Assembly: GCA_002478275.1 (NCBI GenBank) | Contig: DLMY01000028.1 | Span: 1 to 46,802, forward strand | Length of the DNA stretch: 46,802 bases | DNA from: Actinobacteria bacterium UBA7524 | GTDB taxonomy: Bacteria > Actinomycetota > Coriobacteriia > Anaerosomatales > UBA912 | Direction: 5' to 3' | Shown: positions 19,908 to 29,979 of the stretch, piece after piece | Layout of the letters: every line of letters begins with the position of its first letter | How positions within the stretch are numbered: position 1 is the first letter of the stretch | The notes under the pieces: generated by a model | The model's database searches: none | What the model saw: only the letters and a program-made list of their open reading frames with translations | What the model was told of the DNA's origin: nothing | Position numbers and translations under genes: made by a program

Positions 19908-20806
19908 AGGCGGGACACGCCGGCCCCACGCTCGATGTGGTCGGCGACTTCTCGATAGTCGATTGTCAGGACTGTGGATTCGCCCACATCTTGCCTATCC
20001 CTACGACTGACGAACTGGTCTCCGTTTACGAAGACGACTACTACACTACCGAGAAGCCGCTCTACCTTGAGCATCACAACGAAGATGCGGATTGGTGGCG
20101 CCGAACATACGGGGAGCGTTACGACCGCTTCGAGGAACTTCTGCCCGCAAGTCGCCGTCGTATCCTCGACATCGGTTCGGGGCCGGGGTTCTTCCTGCTT
20201 ACGGGCAAGGAGCGTGGCTGGGATGTTCAGGGAGTCGAGCCCTCGAAGCACGCTGCTGACCACGCCGGGAGCCTTGGCGTGCCGGTCGTCAATGAGTTCT
20301 TCGACGAAAACGTGGCCCTGGGACTCGGTACATTCGATGTCGTTCACATGAGCGAGATGCTGGAACACGTGCCGGATCCGCACGGATTGATCTCGACCGC
20401 GCTTTCCGTCCTGAAGCCGGGTGGGTTGTTGTACGTGATGGTTCCCAATGAGTACAACCTCTTCCAGAAGGTACTTCGTGAGCAGTGTGGTTACGAGCCG
20501 TGGTGGCTTTCACCGCCCCATCACATCAACTACTTCAACCTTCCCTCACTTAGCCAACTGATGCGAACTCACGGTCTCGAAGTCGTCGATACGGAGGCGA
20601 CGTTTCCGATAGACATCTTCCTGCTGATGGGCGTGAACTATGTGGGTGACGACGAGGTCGGTCGCCGTTGCCACGCGATGAGGAAGTCCTTCGAGAATGC
20701 GATGTGGCAGGCAGACCAGGGTGAAACGAAGCGAAAGCTCTACGAAGCATTCGGGGCGCTCGGTCTCGGCCGACTTGTGGCCGCTCTTGGGCGCAAGTCC
20801 ACTTAG
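19904..20806 (+). CDS. Class I SAM-dependent methyltransferase with N-terminal CxxC
   Basis: CQDCG, ILDIGSGPG, MLEHVPDP, LKPGG..VPN, PPHHINYF. ATGA overlap with the previous gene. Confidence 0.88.
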   Translation: MKAGHAGPTLDVVGDFSIVDCQDCGFAHILPIPTTDELVSVYEDDYYTTEKPLYLEHHNEDADWWRRTYGERYDRFEELLPASRRRILDIGSGPGFFLLTGKERGWDVQGVEPSKHAADHAGSLGVPVVNEFFDENVALGLGTFDVVHMSEMLEHVPDPHGLISTALSVLKPGGLLYVMVPNEYNLFQKVLREQCGYEPWWLSPPHHINYFNLPSLSQLMRTHGLEVVDTEATFPIDIFLLMGVNYVGDDEVGRRCHAMRKSFENAMWQADQGETKRKLYEAFGALGLGRLVAALGRKST

Positions 20807-20824
20807 TGGCAGCGTGGTGTCCTG

Positions 20825-22327
20825 ATGACTGCAGACTTCCTCGTTCGACACCCCGATCATGCAGACACGGTCGCCGACTGGATCTTTGACGCGTGGGGTG
20901 ACGGCACCCCAGAAGGTCGCGCTCGTGCACACGCGCGCGTACAGGAGCGTCTGCGCGATGACGCGGTTCCACTGACACTGGTTGCGCTCGACGGCGAGGT
21001 CCCGTTGGGCACGGTAAGCCTGTTCACCAACGATCTTGCCGGGTGGGAGCACCTCACTCCGTGGCTCGCCGCCCTCTATGTGACGCCGGAGGCACGGGGT
21101 CGCGGGGTGGGTACCCGGCTCATCAGGGCTGTGTTGGAGGTCGCACGAGATCTCGGGTACGAGACCGTATACCTGCAGGCCCAGGACGCACGCGATTTCT
21201 ACGCCGAGGCCGGCTGGCGGGCCATCGACAGCCTGGACACGGAGCGTGGCCGAACCGTGGTCATGGAGTACGACCTTCGCGATCTGCCGCGGGTGTTCTA
21301 CCGTGCGGACGCCGATGCGGAGATGGGGCTAGGACACGTCGTGCATGCCGCCCGGCTCGATGTTGCCCTGAGGTCTCGCGGACTCGCGCAACTTCGACTC
21401 GTTGGCCGCGTAGAGGCGTCGGTCGCATGCATGCTCGAGGACGGGGGGATGTCGCGTCACATCTCGATCGACGATGAGTCGCATGCGTCGGACGTCCTGC
21501 TCGAAGCACTGTCCACGCACCCATGCAGTGTCGTAGCGGCCAACTTGCCCAAAGGGCTTCTGGAGCGAGCGGAGCCGCTTTTCGCACGTGTCCGTCAGGC
21601 CGGTCACAGGCAGGTGCACTTCGATGATCCGCTCCGAACGGCCGCGACCGCCGATCTCGTGATCAACTCTCTTCCTCACATCGATTGGGGCGTGGATCTT
21701 AGAGCCCATCCTGCGCTTCACGAGGGCCTGGAGTACTTCCTGCTCGATCCAGAGTTCACTCGCACGGGCGCGCGCGTGCGTGACGGCAGGGTCGAGACCG
21801 TGCTCATCTCCATGGGCGGCGGGGATGCACCCAACCTCACCGCACAAGTCATGGACGCTCTCGACGTCGCAGGATACAGGGGTGTTGCGGAAGTGGTGAT
21901 CGGCGCGGCCAATCGGCATCTCGAAGCCGTTGCCGCGAGAGCAGAGTCGCTGAGCTACGAGGTCAGACTGCATCAGCACCTGCCCTCACTCGCAGACCTT
22001 GCCTCATCTGCGGACCTTGCGTTCTCGGCACTTGGCCTGACAACCTACGAGTTCGCGTCGCTCGGCCTTCCGGCCATCATTCTCGCCGGTAACGAGCTCA
22101 ACGCCGCAGTAGCCGATATCTACGCCGCTCAGGGCTCTGCACTGTCGCTGGGCTACCATGAGCGGTGGACGCCAGTCACTCTTGCCGAGGAGATCTCATC
22201 TGTCCTGGCCGACGGACAGCTGCGTCGCGCCATGAGCGTGTGCGGGCCACAGCTCGTGGACGGCAAAGGGGCGGATCGCGTCTGTGCGTTGCTCGAACCA
22301 CTGCTCGGGAAGGGGACCGGTGTCTGA
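20825..22327 (+). CDS. GNAT acetyltransferase fused to a PseG/SpsG-like UDP-sugar hydrolase
   Basis: N-terminal LYVTPEARGRGVG (GNAT motif A). C-terminal RADA..MGLGHV, SMGGGD, GLTTYE, VDGKGADRV. Confidence 0.85.
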   Translation: MTADFLVRHPDHADTVADWIFDAWGDGTPEGRARAHARVQERLRDDAVPLTLVALDGEVPLGTVSLFTNDLAGWEHLTPWLAALYVTPEARGRGVGTRLIRAVLEVARDLGYETVYLQAQDARDFYAEAGWRAIDSLDTERGRTVVMEYDLRDLPRVFYRADADAEMGLGHVVHAARLDVALRSRGLAQLRLVGRVEASVACMLEDGGMSRHISIDDESHASDVLLEALSTHPCSVVAANLPKGLLERAEPLFARVRQAGHRQVHFDDPLRTAATADLVINSLPHIDWGVDLRAHPALHEGLEYFLLDPEFTRTGARVRDGRVETVLISMGGGDAPNLTAQVMDALDVAGYRGVAEVVIGAANRHLEAVAARAESLSYEVRLHQHLPSLADLASSADLAFSALGLTTYEFASLGLPAIILAGNELNAAVADIYAAQGSALSLGYHERWTPVTLAEEISSVLADGQLRRAMSVCGPQLVDGKGADRVCALLEPLLGKGTGV

Positions 22328-23588
22328 CAAAGCGATCATCATCTTGGGCGCAGGCGCACAACAGATCCCCGCGATCTCGCGGGCGCATCGTCTTGGCTAC
22401 GAGGTCATATCGCCAGACATGGATCCTGAGGCACCGGGCCTTGCGATGAGTGACCACCCGCTTCTGGGTGTGTCCACACACGACCCCGATGCCATCATCG
22501 CGCAGGCGCGGCGGCTGCAGGCTTCAGGCCGCAGCGTTGACGGGGTGCTTGCCATGGCCGTAGAGGCGGCGGGAAGCGCCTCCCGGATCGCCGAGGCGCT
22601 GGGCATACCCACAGTGGGTTCGACCGCTGCCGATCGCGCGACCGACAAGCTGGCTCGTCTGAAGGCGTGGCGCGCAGCTGGAGTCTCGTGTCCATCTTTC
22701 GGCGAGGCCACGGATGCACGCCAGGCGATGCAGGTGGCGCAGGAGATCGGTCTGCCGGTAGTGCTCAAGCCGCTCAAGCGTGCTGGTGCACGGGGGGTCG
22801 TTCGCTGCGACAGCCTTGAGGAAGTCCGGGAAGTCTACGACATCTCAGCCAGGGAGTCCGAGGCCACCGTGCTCATCGAGGAGTACATCGAGGGCACAGA
22901 GCACTCCTCGGAATCCCTCGTCGTGGACGGCCGTATACACACGCTGGGCTTCAGTGACCGGAACTACGACACCAAGTACAAGTACCCTCCGCACCTGCTG
23001 GAGAACGGTGACACGTGTCCGACCGTGCTGCCGCAAGACGTCTATGAAGACGTGCTCGCAGAGGTCGAGAAGGCGATCCGGGCCTTGGGAATCGATTTCG
23101 GCCCGGCGAAGGGCGACATCCTGGTGTCGAACGAGGGCCGGGTGTATATGCTCGAGATGGCCGCGCGCCTGTCCGGGGATTACTTCTGTTCGTATACCGC
23201 ACCGCTCAGCAACGGCAGCGATATCGTAAGCGCGGCGATTCAGCAGGCCGTGAGTGATCCGATCACGCCGGAGTGGCTGAGGTGGCGTTACGACCGGGGT
23301 GTTGCGCTGCGCTACTTCTGGCCCGAGCCGCTTCCCGGGCGGATCAAGGCTGTCAGCGGCTGGAACGAGAGCGCCGTATTGCCAGGCGTTCGCTTCATCA
23401 CCTGGGAGCCGTATTGGCTCAAGGAGGGTATCGGCGTCGGGAAGGTCCTTACTCCTCCGACCAGTCATGGAGAGCGTGTAGGATGTGTGATGGCCACGGG
23501 CGAGACGCGCGATGAGGCTGTCGCGCTTGCAGAGCACGTTGTGAGTACGGTGCACATAGAGGTCGAGCCTGTCGTCGAGGGCTCGTAG
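22320..23588 (+). CDS. ATP-grasp domain protein
   Basis: ILGAG..Q, TDK, PVVLKP..GARGV, IEEYIEG.EHS, EMAARLSG. Confidence 0.87.
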   Translation: MSDKAIIILGAGAQQIPAISRAHRLGYEVISPDMDPEAPGLAMSDHPLLGVSTHDPDAIIAQARRLQASGRSVDGVLAMAVEAAGSASRIAEALGIPTVGSTAADRATDKLARLKAWRAAGVSCPSFGEATDARQAMQVAQEIGLPVVLKPLKRAGARGVVRCDSLEEVREVYDISARESEATVLIEEYIEGTEHSSESLVVDGRIHTLGFSDRNYDTKYKYPPHLLENGDTCPTVLPQDVYEDVLAEVEKAIRALGIDFGPAKGDILVSNEGRVYMLEMAARLSGDYFCSYTAPLSNGSDIVSAAIQQAVSDPITPEWLRWRYDRGVALRYFWPEPLPGRIKAVSGWNESAVLPGVRFITWEPYWLKEGIGVGKVLTPPTSHGERVGCVMATGETRDEAVALAEHVVSTVHIEVEPVVEGS

Positions 23589-23604
23589 ACTGAAGGGGCT
23601 GCAC

Positions 23605-24906
23605 ATGCCGGTCGATCCGCAAGACACACTCGATGTCCTTGAGCGCTTCGAACCACTTTCTTTGCAGGGTCAGGCGCCCGTTGTGTGGGAGCGGGCCGAG
23701 GGCGTCTACGTGTGGGATGCCAGCGGTCGCCGGTATCTTGACTTCTCAGCAGGCGTTCTCGTGGCGAATGTCGGTCATGGCCGGCCCGAGATCGTGGAGG
23801 CCGTTATCGAGACGGCGCGCAAGCCCCTGCTGTTCAGCTACAGTTTCCCGACGCACGAACGTGCGGCACTTCTGAAGGAGATGGAGACGCTGCTCGTGCG
23901 TCCCGACGACAAGGTCATGCTGCTGTCGACCGGTGCCGAGGCGATCGAGTGTGCCATCAAGCTGGTGCGAACATGGGCGGTCCGCACGCATGGCGAGCGG
24001 CGCGAGTACGTGGTCTCCTTCGAGCGCGGGTTCCACGGCCGTACGGCGGGCGCGCAGCTCGCTGGTGGCACTCCCGTGCTCAAGGAGTGGCTGTATGGGA
24101 TAGACGCACCCTTCATCAACGTGCCGTTTCCTGACGGATTCCGCACCCCTGAGACCTCCTTCGACTCGTTTCTCGGTGCGTTGCAGGCCGAGGGTGTCGA
24201 GCCGGATCAGGTCGCGGGGGTGATCGTGGAGTCCTATCAGGGTGGCGGGGCGAGCTTCGCGCCCGTCGAGTACATGCGTGCGCTTGCGGCCTGGTGTGCG
24301 GAGCATGGTGCGAAACTCATCATGGATGAGGTTCAGTCAGGCTTCGGACGCACGGGTCGCTGGTTCGCCTACGAGCACTATGGCATCACGCCCGACCTCG
24401 TTGTGTGCGGCAAGGGCATCTCGAGTTCGATGCCGCTGTCTGCGGTCATCGGCAGGCGGGAGTTGCTTGACCAGTTCGCACCCGGTGCCATGTCGAGCAC
24501 GCACGGTGGGCACCCGGTCTGTTGCGCGGCCGCTCGCGCGAATCTCGAGGTGATGAAGCGCGATGGTATCGTCGAGCATGCTGCCAGTGTCGGCGGAGTC
24601 ATGGCGACGGCACTCGAGGAGCTCGCTGACCGTTTCGATTTCGTCGGTGCGGTCCATGGCAAGGGTCTCGTCTACGCGTTGCACATCGTCAGGCCAGACA
24701 CCGACGAGCCGGATGCCACCGCCGCCGCACGCATCGTCAGTGATTGCGTGGCACGAGGACTGATGTTGTTCGCACCGGTAGGGTTCGGTGGTGCGAACAT
24801 CAAGATCTGCCCCCCGCTCGTGATAACCGCACAAGAGGTCCGCGACGGGCTTGAGATCCTTGAAGGCGCACTCATCCGCGAGGAGGAGCGAGATGGCGAG
24901 CGGTAG
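23605..24906 (+). CDS. Class III PLP-dependent aminotransferase
   Basis: AEG.YVWD..G.RYLD, TGAEAIE, GFHGRT, DEVQSGFGRTG, PDLVVCGKG, STHGGHP. Confidence 0.92.
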   Translation: MPVDPQDTLDVLERFEPLSLQGQAPVVWERAEGVYVWDASGRRYLDFSAGVLVANVGHGRPEIVEAVIETARKPLLFSYSFPTHERAALLKEMETLLVRPDDKVMLLSTGAEAIECAIKLVRTWAVRTHGERREYVVSFERGFHGRTAGAQLAGGTPVLKEWLYGIDAPFINVPFPDGFRTPETSFDSFLGALQAEGVEPDQVAGVIVESYQGGGASFAPVEYMRALAAWCAEHGAKLIMDEVQSGFGRTGRWFAYEHYGITPDLVVCGKGISSSMPLSAVIGRRELLDQFAPGAMSSTHGGHPVCCAAARANLEVMKRDGIVEHAASVGGVMATALEELADRFDFVGAVHGKGLVYALHIVRPDTDEPDATAAARIVSDCVARGLMLFAPVGFGGANIKICPPLVITAQEVRDGLEILEGALIREEERDGER

Positions 24907-25627
24907 TACCGAGCACATCTCGTTCGAGCTTGTCAGCATCGCGCGGGGCGAGCGGGTCGAGCGGGTCGATCCTGACGGCGAGGCCGTGCTCGTGATCATC
25001 TCCGGCCAGTGCACGGTCGAGGCCGGGGGCATGAAGGCCGAGATGAGCCGCTCGGACGTGTTCGACGAGCCCGCAACCGCTGTCTACGTTCCTGCGGGCG
25101 TCCCCGTCGCCGTAGACGCGGGCCAGGAGACCGACATCGCTTGGTGTCTCGGGCTTGCCGGACCAGGCGGTGAGGTCGCACTGATCACTCCCGAGCAGCT
25201 CGAGTGCCGCACCGTGGGACGCGACACGTACGAGCGCCGTGTGTGCGATATCGTCGGGCTGGGTGTGCCCGCGAAACATCTGGTGGTGGGGGAGACTTTC
25301 AACCAGCCCGGCAAGTGGTCGAGCTACCCACCTCACCGCCACGACGAGGACCGCCTCCCCGAGGAAGCCGACATGGAGGAGATCTACTACTTCCGCGTAG
25401 ACCCGCCGCAGGGCTTCGGGATGCAGCGGCTGTACTCACCCCAAGCGGGTTTCGACCGGGCGGTCGTGTTGCGCGATGGCGATGTGGTCGAGATCCCCGA
25501 AGGCTACCATCCGGTCACCGCGGCTCCGGGATGCGACCTCTACTACCTTTGGATGCTCTGGGGAGAACAGCGCGTACTCGCGCCCTTCGATGACCCGGAG
25601 TTCGGCCCGGTCAAGGAGCGGTTGTAA
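24893..25627 (+). CDS. iolB: 5-deoxy-glucuronate isomerase (IolB/KduI-like cupin)
   Basis: LVVGET..G.WSSYPPHRHD, EEIYYFR..P.QGFG.QR.Y, P.GYHP..AAPG..LYYLW. Confidence 0.85.
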   Translation: MASGSTEHISFELVSIARGERVERVDPDGEAVLVIISGQCTVEAGGMKAEMSRSDVFDEPATAVYVPAGVPVAVDAGQETDIAWCLGLAGPGGEVALITPEQLECRTVGRDTYERRVCDIVGLGVPAKHLVVGETFNQPGKWSSYPPHRHDEDRLPEEADMEEIYYFRVDPPQGFGMQRLYSPQAGFDRAVVLRDGDVVEIPEGYHPVTAAPGCDLYYLWMLWGEQRVLAPFDDPEFGPVKERL

Positions 25628-25630
25628 CGC

Positions 25631-27577
25631 ATGCCGACGCCCCTGAACCTCTTCGCGATCTTCCACCTCAATCTCGCCTACTCCGCGATCGAACTCGAGC
25701 AACACGCCGAGGTCCTGGAGCGCTGCTACTGGCCCCTTCTCAGACTCGCCGAGGAAACCGGTCTGCCCTTCGGCATCGAGGCCTCCGTCTACACACTTGA
25801 AGCCGCAGGGCAGACCGACCCTGGCTGGCTGGCCGAGCTAAGGCGTCTGGTCACCGAGGGCGCCTGTGAGTTCGTGGGAGCCGGGTACGCACAGCTGATC
25901 GGCCCGCTTGTTCCTGCGAGTGTCAACGAAGCGAATCAGCGCCTCGGCATCGAGGGGTACGAGCGTCTACTCGGGATCAAGCCGCGTATCGTGCTCGTCA
26001 ACGAGCAGGCGTACTCGGCCGGGCTGCTGCAGGGCTATCTTGACGCGGCGTATGAGGCGCTGTTCATGGAGTGGGACAACGCGGCACGGGTCAACCCAAG
26101 GTGGAACCCGGCCTGGCGCTATCTCCCGCAGGTCGCATGTGGCCAGCACGGAGAACGGCTGCCGGTGCTGTGGAACAAGTCGGCGGCGTTCCAGAGGTTC
26201 CAGCACTACGCTCACGGCGAGATCGAGATCGATGAGTATATGAGCTACATCGAGCGCCACGTCGCCGAGACGCCGCGCGCACTGTGCCTCTACGGCAACG
26301 ACATCGAGATCTTCGACTTCCGGCCTGGGCGCTATGATGCGGAGCCGGTGGTAGGACACAGCGAGTGGGAGCGGATCGCGCTGCTGTTCGAGCGAATCGT
26401 GCAGAATTCGGGTCTCGAACTTGTGTCGCCGAGTCAGGTCCTCGTTCTGCTTGAGGAGCCTGGTGCGGGGAACGAGATCAACCTTGAGACCCCCGAGTTG
26501 CCCGTGCCGGTCAAGAAGCAGGGCAAGTACAATCTCACGCGCTGGGCGGTGACTGGGCGGGATGATCTGGGAATCAACACTCGGTGCGAACGCCTTGCCG
26601 CAAGACTCGATCAGATGCCTGCAACCGAAGACGATTGGCGAGAGCTCTGCTACCTGTGGAGCAGTGACTTCAGGACTCACGTGACCGCCAGACGATGGGA
26701 CGGGTACCGTGAGCGTCTGTCGCGCTTCGAGGAGCGCATAGGACTCGCGTCTGGGCCGGTTGCCTCCGAATCCGTCGAGCCAGGCGCTTCGGCTTCCGTC
26801 GAACGTGGCGAGCGCTTCCTTGAACTCAAGACCGATGCACTGGACGTCCGGCTGAACGTTCGTCGAGGCCTTGTTATCGAGGGTGTGGGTCTGTCCGGTG
26901 GTGCGGGACCGCTTTTCGGTACGCTCCCGCACGGGTATTTCGACGACATCAATATGACAGCGGACTTCTATACGGGTCATGCGGTGCTTGAGCGGTTGGG
27001 CGCTCACAAGGTCACCGACCTGGACTGGGCGGATATACGTGTCGATCGAGCCGAGAGTGGCCCTGTGAGTGTCTCAGGCGAGATCACCACTTCGTTGGGT
27101 GCGGTGCGCAAGACCATCCGAGTCGATGACACACGAGCGCGCCTTTCGTGCTCCTACGAGTTCGATTGGCCCCAGGTGCCTCCCGGCTCTCTGAGGGTCG
27201 GCCATGTCACGTTGCTTCCAGAGGCATTCGACCGAGCGACCCTCTACTATGCCACCCACAACGGTGGTCGAGAGCTGGAGAGGTTTCCTCTCTGCGGGCA
27301 CACCGTCGACCACGGCCTTCCTGTCTCCCTGATGGTCACGGCGTCGACGTGTCTCGGCATGACCGGCGGAGTGTTCGAGTTCGGCGACGCCGACCGCACG
27401 GTACGAATCGAGGTGGATCGTTCGTCCGCTGCCCTGGTGGGCATGGTCACTTACCGGGAGATAGGCGACTCGTTCTTCTGTCGGTTGGCTCTCTCGGTGT
27501 TCGAGAACGACGAGACATCTCGTAGAGCCGAGGATGCGCGGTTGCCCCGTGTAGGATTCTCGGTTGAGATTCTGTAG
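25631..27577 (+). CDS. GH57-like / glycoside hydrolase-deacetylase barrel protein
   Basis: FHLNL.YS, CYWPLL, GYAQLIGPL, NEQAYS, YGNDIEIFDFRP, LWSSDFRTH. Confidence 0.7.
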   Translation: MPTPLNLFAIFHLNLAYSAIELEQHAEVLERCYWPLLRLAEETGLPFGIEASVYTLEAAGQTDPGWLAELRRLVTEGACEFVGAGYAQLIGPLVPASVNEANQRLGIEGYERLLGIKPRIVLVNEQAYSAGLLQGYLDAAYEALFMEWDNAARVNPRWNPAWRYLPQVACGQHGERLPVLWNKSAAFQRFQHYAHGEIEIDEYMSYIERHVAETPRALCLYGNDIEIFDFRPGRYDAEPVVGHSEWERIALLFERIVQNSGLELVSPSQVLVLLEEPGAGNEINLETPELPVPVKKQGKYNLTRWAVTGRDDLGINTRCERLAARLDQMPATEDDWRELCYLWSSDFRTHVTARRWDGYRERLSRFEERIGLASGPVASESVEPGASASVERGERFLELKTDALDVRLNVRRGLVIEGVGLSGGAGPLFGTLPHGYFDDINMTADFYTGHAVLERLGAHKVTDLDWADIRVDRAESGPVSVSGEITTSLGAVRKTIRVDDTRARLSCSYEFDWPQVPPGSLRVGHVTLLPEAFDRATLYYATHNGGRELERFPLCGHTVDHGLPVSLMVTASTCLGMTGGVFEFGDADRTVRIEVDRSSAALVGMVTYREIGDSFFCRLALSVFENDETSRRAEDARLPRVGFSVEIL

Positions 27578-27631
27578 CATCGTGAGGACTGTGAGTTGTC
27601 CTCTCTTCATCCGGCGCACGAAAGGCCATCA

Positions 27632-28588
27632 ATGTCCACAGCGATCGTGACAGGGTGCGCGGGTTTCATCGGATCGCATCTTACGGACCGTCTGCTTGCT
27701 GACGGTCGTGAAGTCGTGGGCATCGATTCTTTTGAGGACTACTATCCACGCGCGATGAAGGAAGACAACATCGCGCAAGCTCGCGACCATGAATCGTTTG
27801 AGCTCATCGAGGCGGATCTGCTCTCGCTTGCCGAGACAGGACGGCTGCGTGAGCTGATGGACGACGCCGAGGTCGTGTATCACCTGGCTGCCCAGCCGGG
27901 CGTGCGGGCAAGCTGGGGTCAGGAATTCCACATCTACGAACGCAACAACATCATGGTGACGCAGGCGCTGCTTGAGACAGCGAATCACGTCGAGGTTCCG
28001 GCTTTCGTCTATGCGTCCAGTTCGTCGGTGTACGGTGACACCGATATTCTGCCGATGCGCGAGGATGCCGTCTGTGTGCCGTACTCTCCCTACGGGGTGA
28101 CGAAGCTAACCGCTGAGCATCTGTGTCGGCTGTACACGCGCAACTTCGGCTTTCACACCGCCTCGCTGCGGTTCTTCACGGTGTACGGGCCTCGGCAGCG
28201 ACCCGATATGGCGTTTCGCCGGTTCATCGACAAAGCGCTGGCAGGAGAGCCGATTGTGGTGTACGGGGACGGTGAGCAGACGCGTGACTTCACGTACGTA
28301 ACTGATATCGTAGACGGGATTATCGCGGCAGCGGCGGCACCGGCGGGAATGGTCGCTAATCTTGCTGGAGGCTCAAGGGTGTCCCTGGTCGACGTGATCG
28401 ACACGTTAGCGGATTTCATGGGTGTAGCGATACGGGTGGACCGTCAACCGCGGCAGGCCGGGGACGTGCGTGACACGTGGGCGTCGATCGAGGTGGCGCA
28501 GAAAGTGTTGAATTATGGGCCTGAAGTTGGCCTCGCTGAGGGTTTGGCGGCAGAGGTGGCGTGGCTGCGCGAGCGAAGGTTCGGGTAG
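27632..28588 (+). CDS. NAD-dependent epimerase/dehydratase (UDP-uronate 4-epimerase-like)
   Basis: TGCAGFIGSH, HLAAQPGVR, ASSSSVYG, YGVTK, RFFTVYGPRQRPDMA. Confidence 0.92.
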   Translation: MSTAIVTGCAGFIGSHLTDRLLADGREVVGIDSFEDYYPRAMKEDNIAQARDHESFELIEADLLSLAETGRLRELMDDAEVVYHLAAQPGVRASWGQEFHIYERNNIMVTQALLETANHVEVPAFVYASSSSVYGDTDILPMREDAVCVPYSPYGVTKLTAEHLCRLYTRNFGFHTASLRFFTVYGPRQRPDMAFRRFIDKALAGEPIVVYGDGEQTRDFTYVTDIVDGIIAAAAAPAGMVANLAGGSRVSLVDVIDTLADFMGVAIRVDRQPRQAGDVRDTWASIEVAQKVLNYGPEVGLAEGLAAEVAWLRERRFG

Positions 28589-29979
28589 TGGACGTGAAAG
28601 CAAACGCCACGCGGCTAAGTGAGGCCGACAAACACTTCATTCGCTTCATGGTGCCCGAGAGCTACGAGTCCGTTATGGACGCCTACGCTGCTCGCCCGGA
28701 GCGCTGGACTCCGATGACCGGAGCGGGGACAGGTCGTTCCCTTTTCAGAAACCTGGCCGCATATGTCCGCTTGTTGCTTCGCGCGGTCAAGTCCGTGGTG
28801 GCTCCAAGCGTTCTTACGTCAGATGTGGTCTGTGCGGACTACGAAGCTACCACCGAGGATGCCCGGCGGGCTTATCTCAATCGCTTTCTGCCTGGTGCTG
28901 CAGTCGCGTATCTTCCAATCGGGTTCGGCCTGACGCGATGGCCGAAGGGTGTAGGTATGGGACGCTTCCTCGGGGGCCTGCTGGGTGCGATTCTTAGAGT
29001 ACGTTCTGGTGAAACGGGAGATCTGGGCTGTCGTTACGTGCATATTGCCGAGTATTGCCTGATGGTCCTGGCCGCAGCGCAGCAGTCTCGCAGGCGGGAA
29101 GCGTACTTGTTCCGCATGTATCAGGTGCACGTGCCGGTACTCGCAGGATTCCTCAGATTCCACGGCGTGACGACGCACCTGGTAGCGGCGACAACACCAC
29201 TGACGCGGGGCGACGTCGCCATCCCAGGGGATTCGATGAAGTTGGCCCATCCTTTCCAAGCCTTCCAGTTTGATGATTCTGAAGCGCTGGGAGTAGAACG
29301 CTTCGAGATGTGGGGGCCGACTGAGATTATCCAAATGGAGTCGGCGTACCAAGGAAGACGCAGCGATGGTGACCCGGACACAGTGGCGGTCTACACCCAG
29401 GGTTACTGGTTGAGATTGGCTCTCGGCACGGCGACAGGGCCGAAGGCTGAGGCCCTTGCTGCTGTCGAAGATGAACTGATGTGTATTGTCGAGAGATATC
29501 TCGGTCTTCACGACCATGTTCGGACGCTCATATTCCTCCATCCTATGGAACGAAGGCACTATCGTGAGCGAGGGGTTCTTGGGCCCTGGAGCCTCCTGGG
29601 TCACCCACGTGCTGAGTGCATTGTCGAGCAGGGAAGGTCCTCGAACGAGGAGTTCGACCGCGCCCGTGTTGGCATCACGACATTCTCAACGGTTGGACAT
29701 GATCGCATCTACATGGGCTTTCCGACCCTGTTCTACAGGGGTGAGGTTGGCTTGCCGAGCTACAAGGGAGACCAGCCTTTTGCAGGCTTATTCCATACCG
29801 AGGAGCGCAGCCTTCTTGATGCACTAGACACAGCCATGGGGTGGACGGCGGAGCAGTTCATGATGCACTACGTTGGCGGGCTTCTGGATAGTGCGGGCTT
29901 CATCGGCAGTCCCAGGTGGCTCCCAGTGCCATGGTCTGTGTCCGAGGAGGGCATGCAGGAGCGAGGTGCTCGCAGCTGA
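28588..29979 (+). CDS. Hypothetical protein, possible GT-B-type transferase
   Basis: Fills the operon with stop/start overlaps at both ends. C-terminal FLHPME and TTFSTVG..G.PT. Confidence 0.7.
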   Translation: MDVKANATRLSEADKHFIRFMVPESYESVMDAYAARPERWTPMTGAGTGRSLFRNLAAYVRLLLRAVKSVVAPSVLTSDVVCADYEATTEDARRAYLNRFLPGAAVAYLPIGFGLTRWPKGVGMGRFLGGLLGAILRVRSGETGDLGCRYVHIAEYCLMVLAAAQQSRRREAYLFRMYQVHVPVLAGFLRFHGVTTHLVAATTPLTRGDVAIPGDSMKLAHPFQAFQFDDSEALGVERFEMWGPTEIIQMESAYQGRRSDGDPDTVAVYTQGYWLRLALGTATGPKAEALAAVEDELMCIVERYLGLHDHVRTLIFLHPMERRHYRERGVLGPWSLLGHPRAECIVEQGRSSNEEFDRARVGITTFSTVGHDRIYMGFPTLFYRGEVGLPSYKGDQPFAGLFHTEERSLLDALDTAMGWTAEQFMMHYVGGLLDSAGFIGSPRWLPVPWSVSEEGMQERGARS

